A DNA stretch of 64,000 bases. Source: Balanoglossus misakiensis. Lineage: Eukaryota > Animalia > Hemichordata. This document shows, piece by piece, positions 35,603 through 48,309 of the stretch. Each line of letters opens with the position of its first letter. Position 1 is the stretch's first letter. Under the pieces are notes generated by a model. The model did no database searches, was not told the origin of the DNA, and worked only from the letters and a program-made list of their open reading frames with translations. The translations under genes and the position numbers were made by a program. The DNA is taken from assembly GCA_040954595.2 (NCBI GenBank), contig CM082582.2, forward strand, positions 13,676,327 to 13,740,326. Reading direction: 5' to 3'.

Positions 35603-38600
35603 TGTGCTTTTTTATCTACAAAATTGTTAATTGTCTTTGGATGGGTGGACACTATTTCAGTTCTCAAACATTGTGTTTTATTGTGTGTGCATCCAAGATG
35701 CCACAGTGGAAGAGAGGGATTTTACCCATCCTGCAATTTTAATAGGTTGAATTGACATCATTTAGGGGGACATATGAAATGATGACTGACCTTATGTAAA
35801 ACATCTGTTGTTTAGCTTCACAATAAATCCCTCTTCAGCTGTGTACTGCAAAGTCATTCAAATCCCATAATCCCATTCTTGGCAAAACATTGAAGTGTTG
35901 CATTCAAGTGTATTTCATGCCAGAAAACAAAAGTGATTTGCCCATAATATTGGTTTATATAAACATAATTTCAGCTGGTTTAATGGACTGATCTGTGGTC
36001 AAACTTAAACTGCCCAAAGACTGTTTACAGTCAAGGAAAAATATCCATATTACAAAGAAGCCAGAGTTGTTGAGAATACTTTAAATGCTTTTCTGTCTGC
36101 AAGATTTTTATGCAAGTTGTAAATTTTAAACGAGACAGCGTGTCCAGTGCCAAATGCTCAGTGGATCATGGTGGAACTATTTGATGCTTCAACAATTCAC
36201 TGTGACAAGGACTAGTGTCGCATTCAAATGAGGATCTGTCAGCTCTGAAACGTCAGATGCATTGAGATCTCCAGGTCTTTCCCATAAATGTGTTTGTTTG
36301 TCATTTGCCACAAATAATACAAGAGTACCCTGCACAGATATCTGACACAATGATTGTACTTTATATCTTACAAGAACAATGGTGTTGGACAACTCTGCGT
36401 GATACACCAGCCACCTATTTTTATTAGGGCTTCCTGGTTCTTGTTTGTGTCTTACAAGAGTTTATGGAAGTCTGCCGGAAGGCCTGATCTGCTGCGATGG
36501 ATTGATAGCTTTCATTACAAACCATAGGCAGAAAATATAGTTGACAGGGGGTTGACAGGCATGCATTGTTGTCAAGACTCTAGACTGACTGGACTTAGAG
36601 GTTAGAATACAGAACACCTGCACAAAATCGTCATTTAAGCCACGCTGCAGACATTTAGAGTTTCATGTGATTCCACCATTTTAATTTTCTCCTAGAAGTT
36701 TATTCTGACCTACATAGTTTATAGTTTTTTTCACCTGCTTATGCCAGACATTATTCATTACACAAGGCGTGTTCCATTTTCCCCAGACATCTTTTCACTT
36801 TAAATTTGTGCAGATATTAACCACTGCAGTCATAAAAGAACTTCAAGAGTATTTTATCTTTTTGGGGGGTTACAATTTCAAGAATGAGATGCAGTGTTAA
36901 AAATCTGCAGAACTATCGATGTATATTGACAAGGCAGGTTTCAGCAATCCACAAGTGTCGCACTGCGCTTTTTGCAGACTAATCTTAAATGCAAGGAAAA
37001 TAGGGCAAGGAATGACTCATCCATTCAAATGTATAAAAAGTATAGAAACCACAGTCCTGATATAAAGATGAACTCATTCCACAAGACAGAGTCCGGTGTC
37101 GACAGAATCATGTCCGTTTCTTCTGTGATCTGGCTGCTTATGTAAGTAAAAAAGGTAGCGAGACACATTTTGTGGATTTGTAAGAATTCCCTCGTCTAAT
37201 CCCAAATTGGATATGAATTGTGGCATAGCATTAGGGCACAGCCCTCTTCACACATATAAATGAGATCCTAGCTGTGCTTAGGTTTTGACATCAGGAAGAC
37301 CGCATTCTCTATGAAATATTGCGGTATCTTCATTTATTAAACTTTTAAAAACTTTGATAAATGAGTCGGTATTAGTCAAGAATAGAGTTTGAATCATTAT
37401 GAAGGCAATTGATTTCATTGGTAGCAAGAATTTCTTCCCAATTGTTTTCCAAATGTGCTTTATGTACTTATATTTCATAACACAACTTATAAGTTTCTGA
37501 TTGGTTGTTGCCATGGCGTTGTCATGGCATTTATGTGTATATTATAAACTCTGTATACCGGTAATTGTAATTTTCATATTGTTAAAATAATATGCAAGCT
37601 CTTACTATGGCATTTGTTAACTAAATTTCTGATGTTCTGATGACGTACTATAATAGTGATAAAAATATCATTAGCAAATTATAATAATTCGCATATTTCA
37701 ATAACATGACATTTACTTTGTACATTTTGAAAGTTAAGTTCCATCATCTTGCCTTTGTATTTTCAAAAGGTGTGGTTGTATTGGACACATATCTATAGAA
37801 ATGGTGAAAGTGTTGGCGGTATCATGCATACTGTTGTAATGTAAACCTCTGAAAGCCCTTCTGCACCTTAAGTCTAATCTAACCTCTGAAAATGATCGAT
37901 TTGACCCAGTGTCTCATCACACATTCTGATTTGTATGATTAAAAAGAACTATATACTGGGATATGCACACTTCTTGACTGATTAAGTGAAGCAAAGATAC
38001 AAGATATTTGTATTCACCATGCAGAAAGTTGCGTAAGTGCAATTCTTCGATGTAGAATTAGGTTTCAATATACATGCATGTAAGATTATAGGTTGTCAGA
38101 CAGTATCATAAGAGAGAGGGGGGAATGGTAATTTGTTGTGAGCCGAGATCCATCAGCTATTACTATTGTTGCTTTGGGCTTGCTACGTTGATTGCCCAGA
38201 GGCAAGTGAGGAATACAGACTGATGGTCGCGTTTGACATTTCAAATGTTCAAATTCAACCTGGTCATCTCTGCAGAAACCAATCAGGTTTATCCACAAAG
38301 CTCTGAAACAACTGTTGCCATGCCTACTGCAGTTCCTAAGGTGTTGTATTCATTTGAGATCCATTTCAATGCTTTCTGTGGTCACTTGTAGTTGTTCAAT
38401 GTTCAGGGCATATCACCTTTTTATAGAGGACATCAAAGGCCACAATGGTACCTACAACCTCCAGCAGGTTTATGTAACTAGCCCATTTGAAGATGAACTC
38501 AGAATTCTCTTCATATTTTAATCAACATTGATCAGTTTTTGGGCAATGTGACTGTAATATTATTGGCATCCAAATACATCACACATCTGGAATTCATTTC

Positions 38601-39713
38601 ATTCAGTTAGCAATGCCATTCTGTACATTTCCTGTCACGATCTGCAGTGCGGGTATGTACTTTGAAAGTTGTAGATTCTCAACTTTTCCCCCCACTCTGA
38701 TTAGGGACTACTTGAATTAACTAAATTATAGTTCAGAACTGTAGTATTCCTTGAGGGTCTTCCTTAAAAGATGGTATGTGTTTCATTTATTTGGCTGTTT
38801 TTCTAGATACACTGATACACTTTACTTTATTCATATTCCATTAAAAGAAATCACCAACAGTCATGAGTCAATATATAGTTTCTCTTGATGGTCAGGGAAC
38901 AGTTCAGGTAACTGTTGTAGTTTTTAAGGAGGTGGTTAAAAAGACCGTGAACTGCATAAATTTTTGTTGTAAATTCGAATTGGCGCAAGGAGTTGATAAT
39001 TCAGATTTCAAATGATCCTGGGTGCAATATTTGGTTGCATTTGTTAAAATGGTCGAGAATGGTAGAGGGGAAATAGAGGTGAGAGTACTAAATTATAAAT
39101 AGAGCAGCAAAACAGATAGACATGCTAATTGGTATTAATCTAAGCTGGTAATGTCTTTTTTTCCTTTTTTTTCGTTGAAATGTGGTTGAAAAGGAATTAC
39201 GTAAAACCAAGGACAACTGGGAACAAAGCTCAGTCTAGGTGTGAACAGTGATGCTGTCATTAAAACAATGTGAGATATGTGACACAGGTTTTCAAAGTAA
39301 CCTGAAATAAAAAAAAATGTTTCATCTAAAGTTATTCTCAGAAAGGGATATCTTTCTGTTCGTCTTGATTGTTTTTCGAGCATAAAAGTAAGCCAAAGTG
39401 AAATTTGCAGAGGTGTGGAGTTAGCAATCTTTTATTTGTTTGTTTGGATTGTTTATAAGAAAAGGAATCCAAGATAATTCATTGTCGCCTGATCAGGTCA
39501 CTGCATAGGGAAATGATTCTGTCTATTTGTTTGTTTTCAAAACAAAGTAAAGTGAAATTGTCAAAGACTGTTCTGCTTGGTGCAGACACGAATAAAAATT
39601 GGTGAATTTGGCATTGAACTACCTTAGTTTGTTTTCAAACAGGAAAAGACTGAAGTAATTCACACTACCCTAAGTGTCACTGTCGGTCACAGGTAAGCAT
39701 GTATTGTTTTAAT

Positions 39714-39745
39714 TTTTGTTGTTGTTTGTTTGTTTGTTTGTTTGT
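39714..39745 (+). repeat. (TTTG)n microsatellite
   Basis: tttttgttgttgtttgtttgtttgtttgtttg. Confidence 0.85.
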
Positions 39746-40465
39746 AGAAGGTTGAATTTGTTCTTTCCAGGTGTGTATTTTAACTCTATGGTTGTATTGA
39801 ATTTTTGTGGTATAAAAGGAAGCGAAATACTACAAATGACACGGATTTAAACCCCCCTCAATTTTAAATTGGCAGCATGTGTTACAAATATAAAATATTT
39901 GTAATCAACTCCATTTCCAAGTGTTTGTCCATTTTTTTTTATAGCAAGAGAATATTAGAAGTTTGAACAAAAGTTTAATTATAGATTGATTTCTTGGCAT
40001 TGTGTTTTACCTTGATGAAAATAGTAGTATGACAAAATAAAAGATTTTATGTTGCAAAGCGCAATAGGGCGACAAACTTTTTGTTAGAAGGTCATTTATT
40101 TGATGGCAAACAAAATGAAGCAGTTTGGTTATTTGAATTGGTTTTGATTAAAAGACTTCTGCATCTCGTGCATGTCTGAACAGATCCAGGCGATCAGAAA
40201 GGAAGGTCAGATCAATATATCGGGATGCACGAGTCCAAATAAATATTAATATTTAAATAAGCTGAATCTCACAGATCACTGTCTCTACAATAGAAGGTGG
40301 CAAGTTTTTTCCAGACAATATCTTGAATATAGCCAATAGATAACTTGAACAAGGCATTGCTCTGTTCCTTATGGCCAGTGCATGAAATACCAACACTAAG
40401 GCGAAAGGTACGTGACAGATTTTGAATAATTTATAGAAGGGAGCTGAACAACAGATACGGTCGTC

Positions 40466-40762
40466 TTAAGGTAGTAATGCACTCAAAAATCAGTCTTAAA
40501 CTTTTCCTCATATTTTGCTCCAGGCAAATTTAGATTATTCTCTCTTAAAAAATGAGAATAATAATTGGGGTCACTACGCAAAATTTTGAATGAGAGAGCA
40601 AATTGTCTATAGAAATGTTTTTTTGAAAACAAGATGTGTACGCCCTATTGTCTTCTTTATTTTCAAAAAGAATTCTTTCACACTTCAATATATTAAAGAA
40701 TTGAAATGTTTGGAGAACTTTAATTTTTCTGAAGAGATATGCCTTGGAGGTGTGCAATACTG
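40466..40762 (+). mobile_element. TTAA-GGTAG-ended non-autonomous DNA element, degraded copy 2 (right end approximate)
   Basis: 5' part homologous to 33077-33193; starts at TTAA. Confidence 0.6.
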
Positions 40763-42286
40763 TGAGTCATCCCACAGTGAGTTATTATAATGAACACAAA
40801 CTATAGTGAAATATAACAATACCTAGTTTTCAGAAATGCTCTAATTTCATATTCATTCGTAAATGTACAGGAAGTTCTAATCTCCTTAAGGCATGCCAGA
40901 CAGTTATCTCATCTTGGAGGAAGTGATTTCTGCATCATTATAATGGCACACTCATTTTACAGAACATCAGGTTTTGGGATGCAAACATTACTTCCAGATT
41001 GTTTCCTGTTCTGTAGTTGAAATTGTCGATGTCATACAATCTAAAATTTATGGAAATGTTGTGTCAATGAGAAGCAAATTGCATCTGTGTATTTTATCTT
41101 TTTTGAATTTGTTATCATTGAATCATATAAAAAGTGAAAAATCATTTAAAGATTGACAAGGTTTCACATAAATCCTCATTTCAATCTGTAATTGATACAA
41201 AACTTGTGCCATTTTTGAACCAGATTAAATTAAGAAAATTGTGAAAAATGCAGCACGTGTGAGTATTTAGCACTTTAGGTTTGATTGGGAAAAATGATAA
41301 GGAAAGCATTAAGCATGAGGCTCTGGTGAAGTACACTTTATTTGTATGCGGTTAACCTGATTCAGAAACTCTTAATTCATGTGTACATGTATGCAGGGGA
41401 GCATCACCAGTGAATGAAAATCCTCCGTAGCGATATGTATTCATTTGTATTTGTACACAGACTGAATGAGAAGTAACTCTTTTTCTACATGTCACAGTGT
41501 AAATTCATCCCGCTTGTCTCTTTCAATCTCTGCTCTCCAACTTCTTCAGTGAGTTTTCAGGTCTGTTTAAGAGGTGCTACCTGATTGGTCAAATGAATTG
41601 TCTGCTTAAAAGCATTGGTCCCATTGGATATTCACATTTACTCTCTGAACACTTGTATTATAAGAATTCATGGCAGTTTTATTTCGGGAATATTTATACT
41701 TTGCAGATTCTCTTGTATGATGATGCAGCATCACAAAAATGATGCTTGGTTCAGGAATTCACACCATATCCATGTTTTCTTTGAAACTATGCAACCAAGT
41801 CTGTAGTTTGACTTTTGTTTCCATTTTTCATTCTTACTTTAGATTTGGCTGCAGATTCACAATTTAACACCAAATGATCTTCAATATATCATCCTTATTG
41901 CATAATTCTGCTTGAGAATAAAGCAGTTGGAGAGGGTTGTCTTATCTTGGAAAATAATAAAGGTCAGTTTAACTCTGGGTCTGAGTAGAGATCAGCACAA
42001 GAGAAATTACCTGGCAGAGCACATGTGAATGACCTGAGTAGAAATAGAGTGTGGGAATCCATACTAATTCAAAGCAAGTACTGAAGGCACTCTGTGTCTG
42101 GGCTGAAATTAAATTGGCCTCTGGTTTGGATGGAATTTTCCAGCAAACGAATGGCAAAATTTTGCTGCTGGAAATATCTGAAAACAAGTCTGCACAGGTT
42201 TTACATGCACAAGTTTGCATTGATATCTCCTTGCCTTGGAATGACTGGTAACATTGCATTTGCTATTTGACTGTTTAGTTGGTATT

Positions 42287-42378
42287 TTAACCCTTTCACT
42301 ACCATGGTTTGGTCCAAATCCATTGTTTTCTATGGTAAAGTTGGACCTCTAAAGAGGGAACTGGGGATGAAAGGGTCC
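42287..42378 (+). mobile_element. About 90-bp TTAA-CCCT-ended mini element (piggyBac-like termini), copy 1
   Basis: TTAACCCTTTCA...TGAAAGGGT inverted ends; internal ATGGTTTGGTCCAAATCCATTGTTTT shared with the copies at 45089 and 57758. Confidence 0.68.
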
Positions 42379-45088
42379 AGATGTAATCAACGATATAATC
42401 TACATGGTTTTTGTGAACTGCACTCCTTCCAAATTAGAACATGCACACACAAAAGATACTTGAGAAAAAAAGCATGTAGAATACCGCCTGGTTTGCATGG
42501 ATTGCAGCCTTATGTATACAAATTCATGCCCCTCCCATTCTATTAAGGATTGTGCTGACAAAGCTTTGTCAGATATACAGGTGGCACAGTGATATTGGTT
42601 GCAGTTCGTTGGCTATTGACCCAACTCTTTCTGCTTATTGTTATGTCTTCTGATAAACAATTCCACTTTCAAGTTACTCTAATTACCCGCACACATTGTC
42701 TGCACCTATATACATTCCCTTTTGCAATCAGATGAATAACTTTATTTGCAAATTGTTAAATAAATCCTCTCTTTGTATTTTCAAATAGGTTTTTACATTC
42801 TGCCCACAGAAGGAGCTACTGACTTAAAATAAAAGAAGTGGTCAGAAAATCCTGTGATTTCTAATATTCGTTTCGTGTTCAGTTAGATTTTTTAGGACTT
42901 TGATGTCACACCGTTTCAAACCTTACAACTCAATTGCTCCAACCAAAACAGGAGGGAGTAGTTTTTGCAATTGACGTTTTTTTTTCTGAGAAGGTAAGGC
43001 TATAGTGCTAGGAGAAAAGGCGAATTGTGCTGATGACGAACTTGGCATGGCTACATATCAGGCCTGTACAAACGTTGTGATATGTCTGTCGTATTAAGGC
43101 GTAGAACCATGAAATTTTTTTTTGCACAAAAATAGGTCATTACCTGTGGTCCTCATCTTATCAGTAGAAACACAAGCAACACAAAAGGTTTGCAGTTCCT
43201 GTTACGTGAACATTGATTGGTTGGGCGAAGTCCCTCAGCGTAAATGTTGCACACCCCTGCGCGAATGTGAGTTGAATGGAATATCCAACCAGCGGTTGAC
43301 CTTTCACCATCCATCTGCTGTTGTTGTCTGGTGTCTACAGATACTGTCTGGCTTTTTCTAGCGCAGCCTGACCACAGTGCACCGACTTTTCCAAGACCCA
43401 CAAAAAGAGGCAAATTTCGACATCCGCTGTGCCACACAGTGAGGCAACCGCCGCACCAGTCGTGCACGCAGTTCTCGCGGTTGACAGGCAAAGGTCGATG
43501 AACCCCCCAAATCCAGAGTGGTCAAAGCCATAGTCATATGGTCAGACAGTGCAAGGTCAGTGAAGAGACGGGATAGATTGCGTCTGTTTTAAATATTTTC
43601 TATTGTGGGCTAACCTGTCTGTCGGTGAGTACTTCTTCCATTGCACAAGTTTTCCGACAAACCTGTGTCACTGCCAGTCTTACCGCATTTTAACGCATGA
43701 TTCTCAGACAGCGCTTACACATACATAGGTTGCCACAAATGTGAAATTTTCATGTTTTCCCTGCGGAAGTATCTAAACAAATAGAGGTCTAGACAGTTAT
43801 TTATATTTTCAAGGCTATTGTGAGATGATTTTATGTTGAAGCCTACCTGAGCTCAAGGCACAGTTCTGAGACACATTGAATGAGCACATGTATTTACCTT
43901 ATTCTCAAAGGTAAGGTTGCCCTAGACACAGAATTAGTTTGTCGAACCAGACGACACCGTTGTTACTTACCCTACTTTCACTAGACACGAAAAAACCCCA
44001 TAATTTTTCGTTTATCATTCATGGCAGTAAAAGGCAATATTCTCAGTAAGGTCATGTTAAAAGAAAGTCATAATTATTTTCTTAAAATAGCACAAAATAA
44101 AAAAAATAGGACTAAAGTATGAACGTAGACGAAATGATGTCATCGAGAAATGTACATATGTGCGTTGAACGCTAACAGTTGAGACAAGGAATGGGTTCAT
44201 ATGTTGGTCAACCTCAGAATATCTAACAATAGATGCAGTCGTGCAGGATACTGATATAAACTTAGTCTGCCTGTCAAAAACATGAGGAACTGACTTGGGG
44301 GTAAAGTCGACTTCTTGTCAAAGCAGTGGATTTGATAAATTTCATGGATATGCTAGACAAAACCAGAGCGGGATTTGATAACGTTGTACTACTCGGTACG
44401 ACAATTGAAATCAATTTTCTGCAGTTCTCTGGAAAGTGTATCAACACACCTACCTGGATTTTCTGGCGCTGTTTTTTTTATCTTTAATGACGTAGCATCT
44501 TTAATTTCCACGATTAGTGCTTGGCTTTTATTTAATTGTCAGTGATGTTGTTGTCACAGGGTTCTTTTGTTATGTCTGCATGAAACCTGTGTTTGAATAA
44601 TCTTGACATATTGTTATTTTTGCCTTGTCTACTTTAGATTTTTTCAGGTTAAGTGCAAATGGAATTGTATTGCACAACATCGTACTTTGGTATACAGCTA
44701 TGGAAGGAATTAATGTCACATAAAATAATTTTGCCATGAGATGACAAAGATGGTAAATTTGAACAAATGAGAAATACATGAAAATCAAGTGGTTTGAAGC
44801 GGAATTTAATCTTTTTGCACCTTTGGAAATCATTTGGTGATTAAAATCGAGGACATGATAGAATTAAAACAATGAATTGGAGAAAAGATTGTGCAGATAT
44901 TTGGAAGAACTGAGCTTTGGCAGAAATAATGTCAGAAAGAAATAGGGTGTCTGATATTTTGATGTAGTGGGACAGGTCAAGGTGATACAAATGAGACTGT
45001 CTTCAGACTGTGAAATGTTGTCGGCATGGTTTCCAAGGTAACTTGTAGCTGCATACTTGCATTAATTATGTGGACGAGGAACCAAATT

Positions 45089-45177
45089 CAACCTTTCACT
45101 CAATTTTCCAATGTAAAGACCCAATCTCACTGTAAAAGACAATGGATTTGAGCCAAACCATAGTCTTTAAAGGGTTA
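45089..45177 (-). mobile_element. About 90-bp TTAA-CCCT mini element, copy 2 (inverted)
   Basis: Reverse complement TAACCCTTTAAAGACTATGGTTTGGCTCAAATCCATTGTC... aligns end to end with 42287-42378. Confidence 0.65.
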
Positions 45178-48114
45178 TTAGTAGCGGGCCTCAAAATTTG
45201 AAAAAAACATATGGGTGGCAGTCAGCAATAGTTTGTGTGGTGTGAGCATAACCCATCATTGGCAATGTTGTCTGCTAGGCCAACTTTTAGTAGGAATGTT
45301 GTCCCAGAAGAATTCCCCATAGGTCATGGATGACAACAAATGTGGTGTAGGTGTTGTTTTGGGGTTTAAGGTGTGCGTTGCTTATGTCTTAACCAAGATG
45401 CCTTGTGCTTTACAGTTTGATTTGGTATACAACTTAGTTTAGACACCTGAAAATAATGTGAAGGTATAGTGAGCCCTCTAGCAAATGCGTTTTTGGTAAC
45501 GTAGAGGCAGTATGAAGCAATATGAAGTTTCTTTGCATCAGTCCTTGACGAGATGTTTACAAGAGAATTGTTTGCATCATGAAAGATTTTGATAATGGTT
45601 AATGTCACGTCATATTTACTTAGAGGGCACACTCTATCGATACACGTACATCAATATGTTAGTAAAAACTGCCAAACAAGAAACAAATTGTCGCTCTTCT
45701 CCTTAATGTTAAAATAGTTGGCTTTGGTCTACAACTTTCAAGTCTGGTGAATCCATTTTTTGAATGTGTATTTCAATCCCAACTTTAGAGATGACTATTC
45801 CAATAACATTGACCCTTCTGCCACCCCCCATATCAGCACACTTGGGATCAACCGTAGCACTGCAAACAATAAGGACAGACCAATCATGGACAATTAACGG
45901 GTGAAACTGATTGATGTGTTCTGTTTGAAATTGTCGTGTTCAGTATCCTCTGTCACTTTGACATGCAATTATCAAATTCACCTGAACTGGTGTGTGAATA
46001 ATGTTCTACTGTTCTGTCCTCTTTTTGGACTATCTCTTCTGAGAGACTGACTACTCCAAGAGAACTTTCAAAATCTCTTGACATTCCAAGTCTGATGCAA
46101 CAGTAGAATCTAAAAATTCGAACTCATCGAATCCATGGTAACAAATGACAAGACAAAAGCAGATTTGTTTTCTGCTTTGATGTAAATGAAAAGTAAAAGA
46201 TGTAAAATGAAATTTTCTTGAAGCATATATTTTTTGTCCAGCACGGTTGATTACCATTAATTCCAGAAAGCTGACAAATTTACACTGTTTCATCATTTGC
46301 TTTTGAAATAAAAACACAGACATGATTGTCTTTCTTTATTATTTTTTATGTTCCCAATCAATTATTAGCTACAATTTATGGGTTTATCTTAAATGTATTA
46401 TGAAATTATTGATTTGTAGAAAATTCTGATAAAATGGTGGCCAATAATAGTTTAACTGAAAAAATGTCCAAAGTTTAATATGGCTACTGCCCCTGTAAGA
46501 CAGCTGCGTGCCTAACTCTAATGCAGATTGTCAGATACTGCCAGGAATACAAGACAACCTCGGCAGGAAATTTTGCATGACATTCTGCCACGGAAAAGGT
46601 TTTCAATTTAAGTAAGATGTTGTGTGCTGGCGACCTAAACCATCTGGGTTACATCCTGAGCAATATCTGCAAAAGCACAGTTAAAGTATAATACGAAAGA
46701 TAAATCAACTCCCAGAAGGTTTAATGCAATACTCAGAGAAGTGTGGGAAACTAGACAGACTGGTGCTATGTAAAGCTGGCAGACAAATCCAGGGTTTTGA
46801 AGATGACATCACCGCCACAGATCAGACGAGACATATCATTGACTTTATGGAAACATGGGACAGATTTCCATTATTAGTCAGAGAGGTCAGAACAGTTTGT
46901 CATGTTGCAAGAGATCTAACATGTAGGCATTGAGTCTTACTAAGTGTCAGTGATTATGTGTTGCAGATTATCATTTGCATACGCTAGAAACATAGATAGA
47001 ATTAGTACCTAGGAATTCAACACAAATCAGGAAAGACGACAGAACAGACACAGCAAGCAAGGAAACTTTGATATTAATAGTTTCCCACTTCATGCTTTAC
47101 TGATTTATAAGGCTGGTTTCTTAGAAATCCTGCTGGTATTATGCAGAAGAGCTAGTGTTCTCCTCGGCATTTTATAGCCAGAATCTCTTTTTTTCTTAGT
47201 TCGCCATGCTTGAGGCCTTCTGTCTCGATTCCTGTCTGGCTGCGTTAGAGAAGGCTAATGACCTTGTCAGGTCAGATGTCATGACCTTGGACAGGGTTCC
47301 ATATGCAAGAAAGCAAGCCCCTGAGAGAGATGGTAAGCTGTTGTGTTCTGTGCAATGTGTGCTATAGCCATGACTTGGAGAAGCTGGATAGGTTTTTCAG
47401 AAAGATTGGTGCAGGCTGCGCAATTAGAAAAATGAGTTGTAGAGATCTTCAAAAGCTTTAAGCATAGTGGATGAGTACAGTGTTTGTTGACTGTTTGAGT
47501 TGTGGTTTTGTTAACAACAGTTGTGGTTTGCCACATCAGTAGCTGGGTCATAAATAAGGAGCAGTTTAATTGGCCGCAGAGTCCTGCGTTTTGCCATGTA
47601 AACCGATAGCTTAGAATGTTCTGTGGTTTGCTTGGTTTTGAAGGATTTGAAATATTTTTCCAGTTTTCCTCATTTACAATGGTATAAGTTTGTGTTGACT
47701 TGTTGATTGTCCCACAATATTTGAGCCTTGGTGCAAATATTACAGCAGTCATAATTAGACATTCATGTCGTCATTTTATGAGGTCTTGGTACGCGATGCA
47801 TGTGCTGTGTTTGTACAAAGAATCCAAGAATATATTTATAAAAATGATGCTTGGGTTATTTAAGCCTAGTAAATTGTTAGTGCACCGTTTCCCCCAGTGC
47901 AAGGACATATTGCATCATGACATTTACCATTTATGATAATCGCAGTTTATTTGTTAATTGAATTTTTGGGGGTTAATATGTTTACCTATCAAAAGTTTGG
48001 CTATGGTCTGTTTGGATGTATATTGTGTACCGTGCAAATTTTCCCAACACACTCAGACATGTGTTATATTCGTTTTAACTGACATATTTGCTGTTTTCTT
48101 CACTATTCTAGCTG

Positions 48115-48309
48115 TTAAAGGAATACAATGACATCTAATTTACATATGCCCATATATGGCAAGGAGGGCGTGTCAGAGTCTTCAAATGACCATAATGACC
48201 CTTTGTTTTGCATGGCCACCCACTGAAAATCTGTGATTGGCTGGATCTGAACTTTCCATGATAACTTTGGCTAAATTTGCATGGTTGACCGTATACTTTG
48301 TACCTTTAA
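48115..48309 (+). mobile_element. About 195-bp MITE with TTAAAGG...CCTTTAA termini, copy 2
   Basis: Starts TTAAAGGAATAC, ends TACCTTTAA; colinear similarity to 35406-35602. Confidence 0.72.

Noticed and set aside
47279-47752. Longest ORF in the track (157 aa, - strand)
   Set aside because: T/N/K/Q-biased translation of TG-rich + strand sequence; no domain or exon boundaries recognised.
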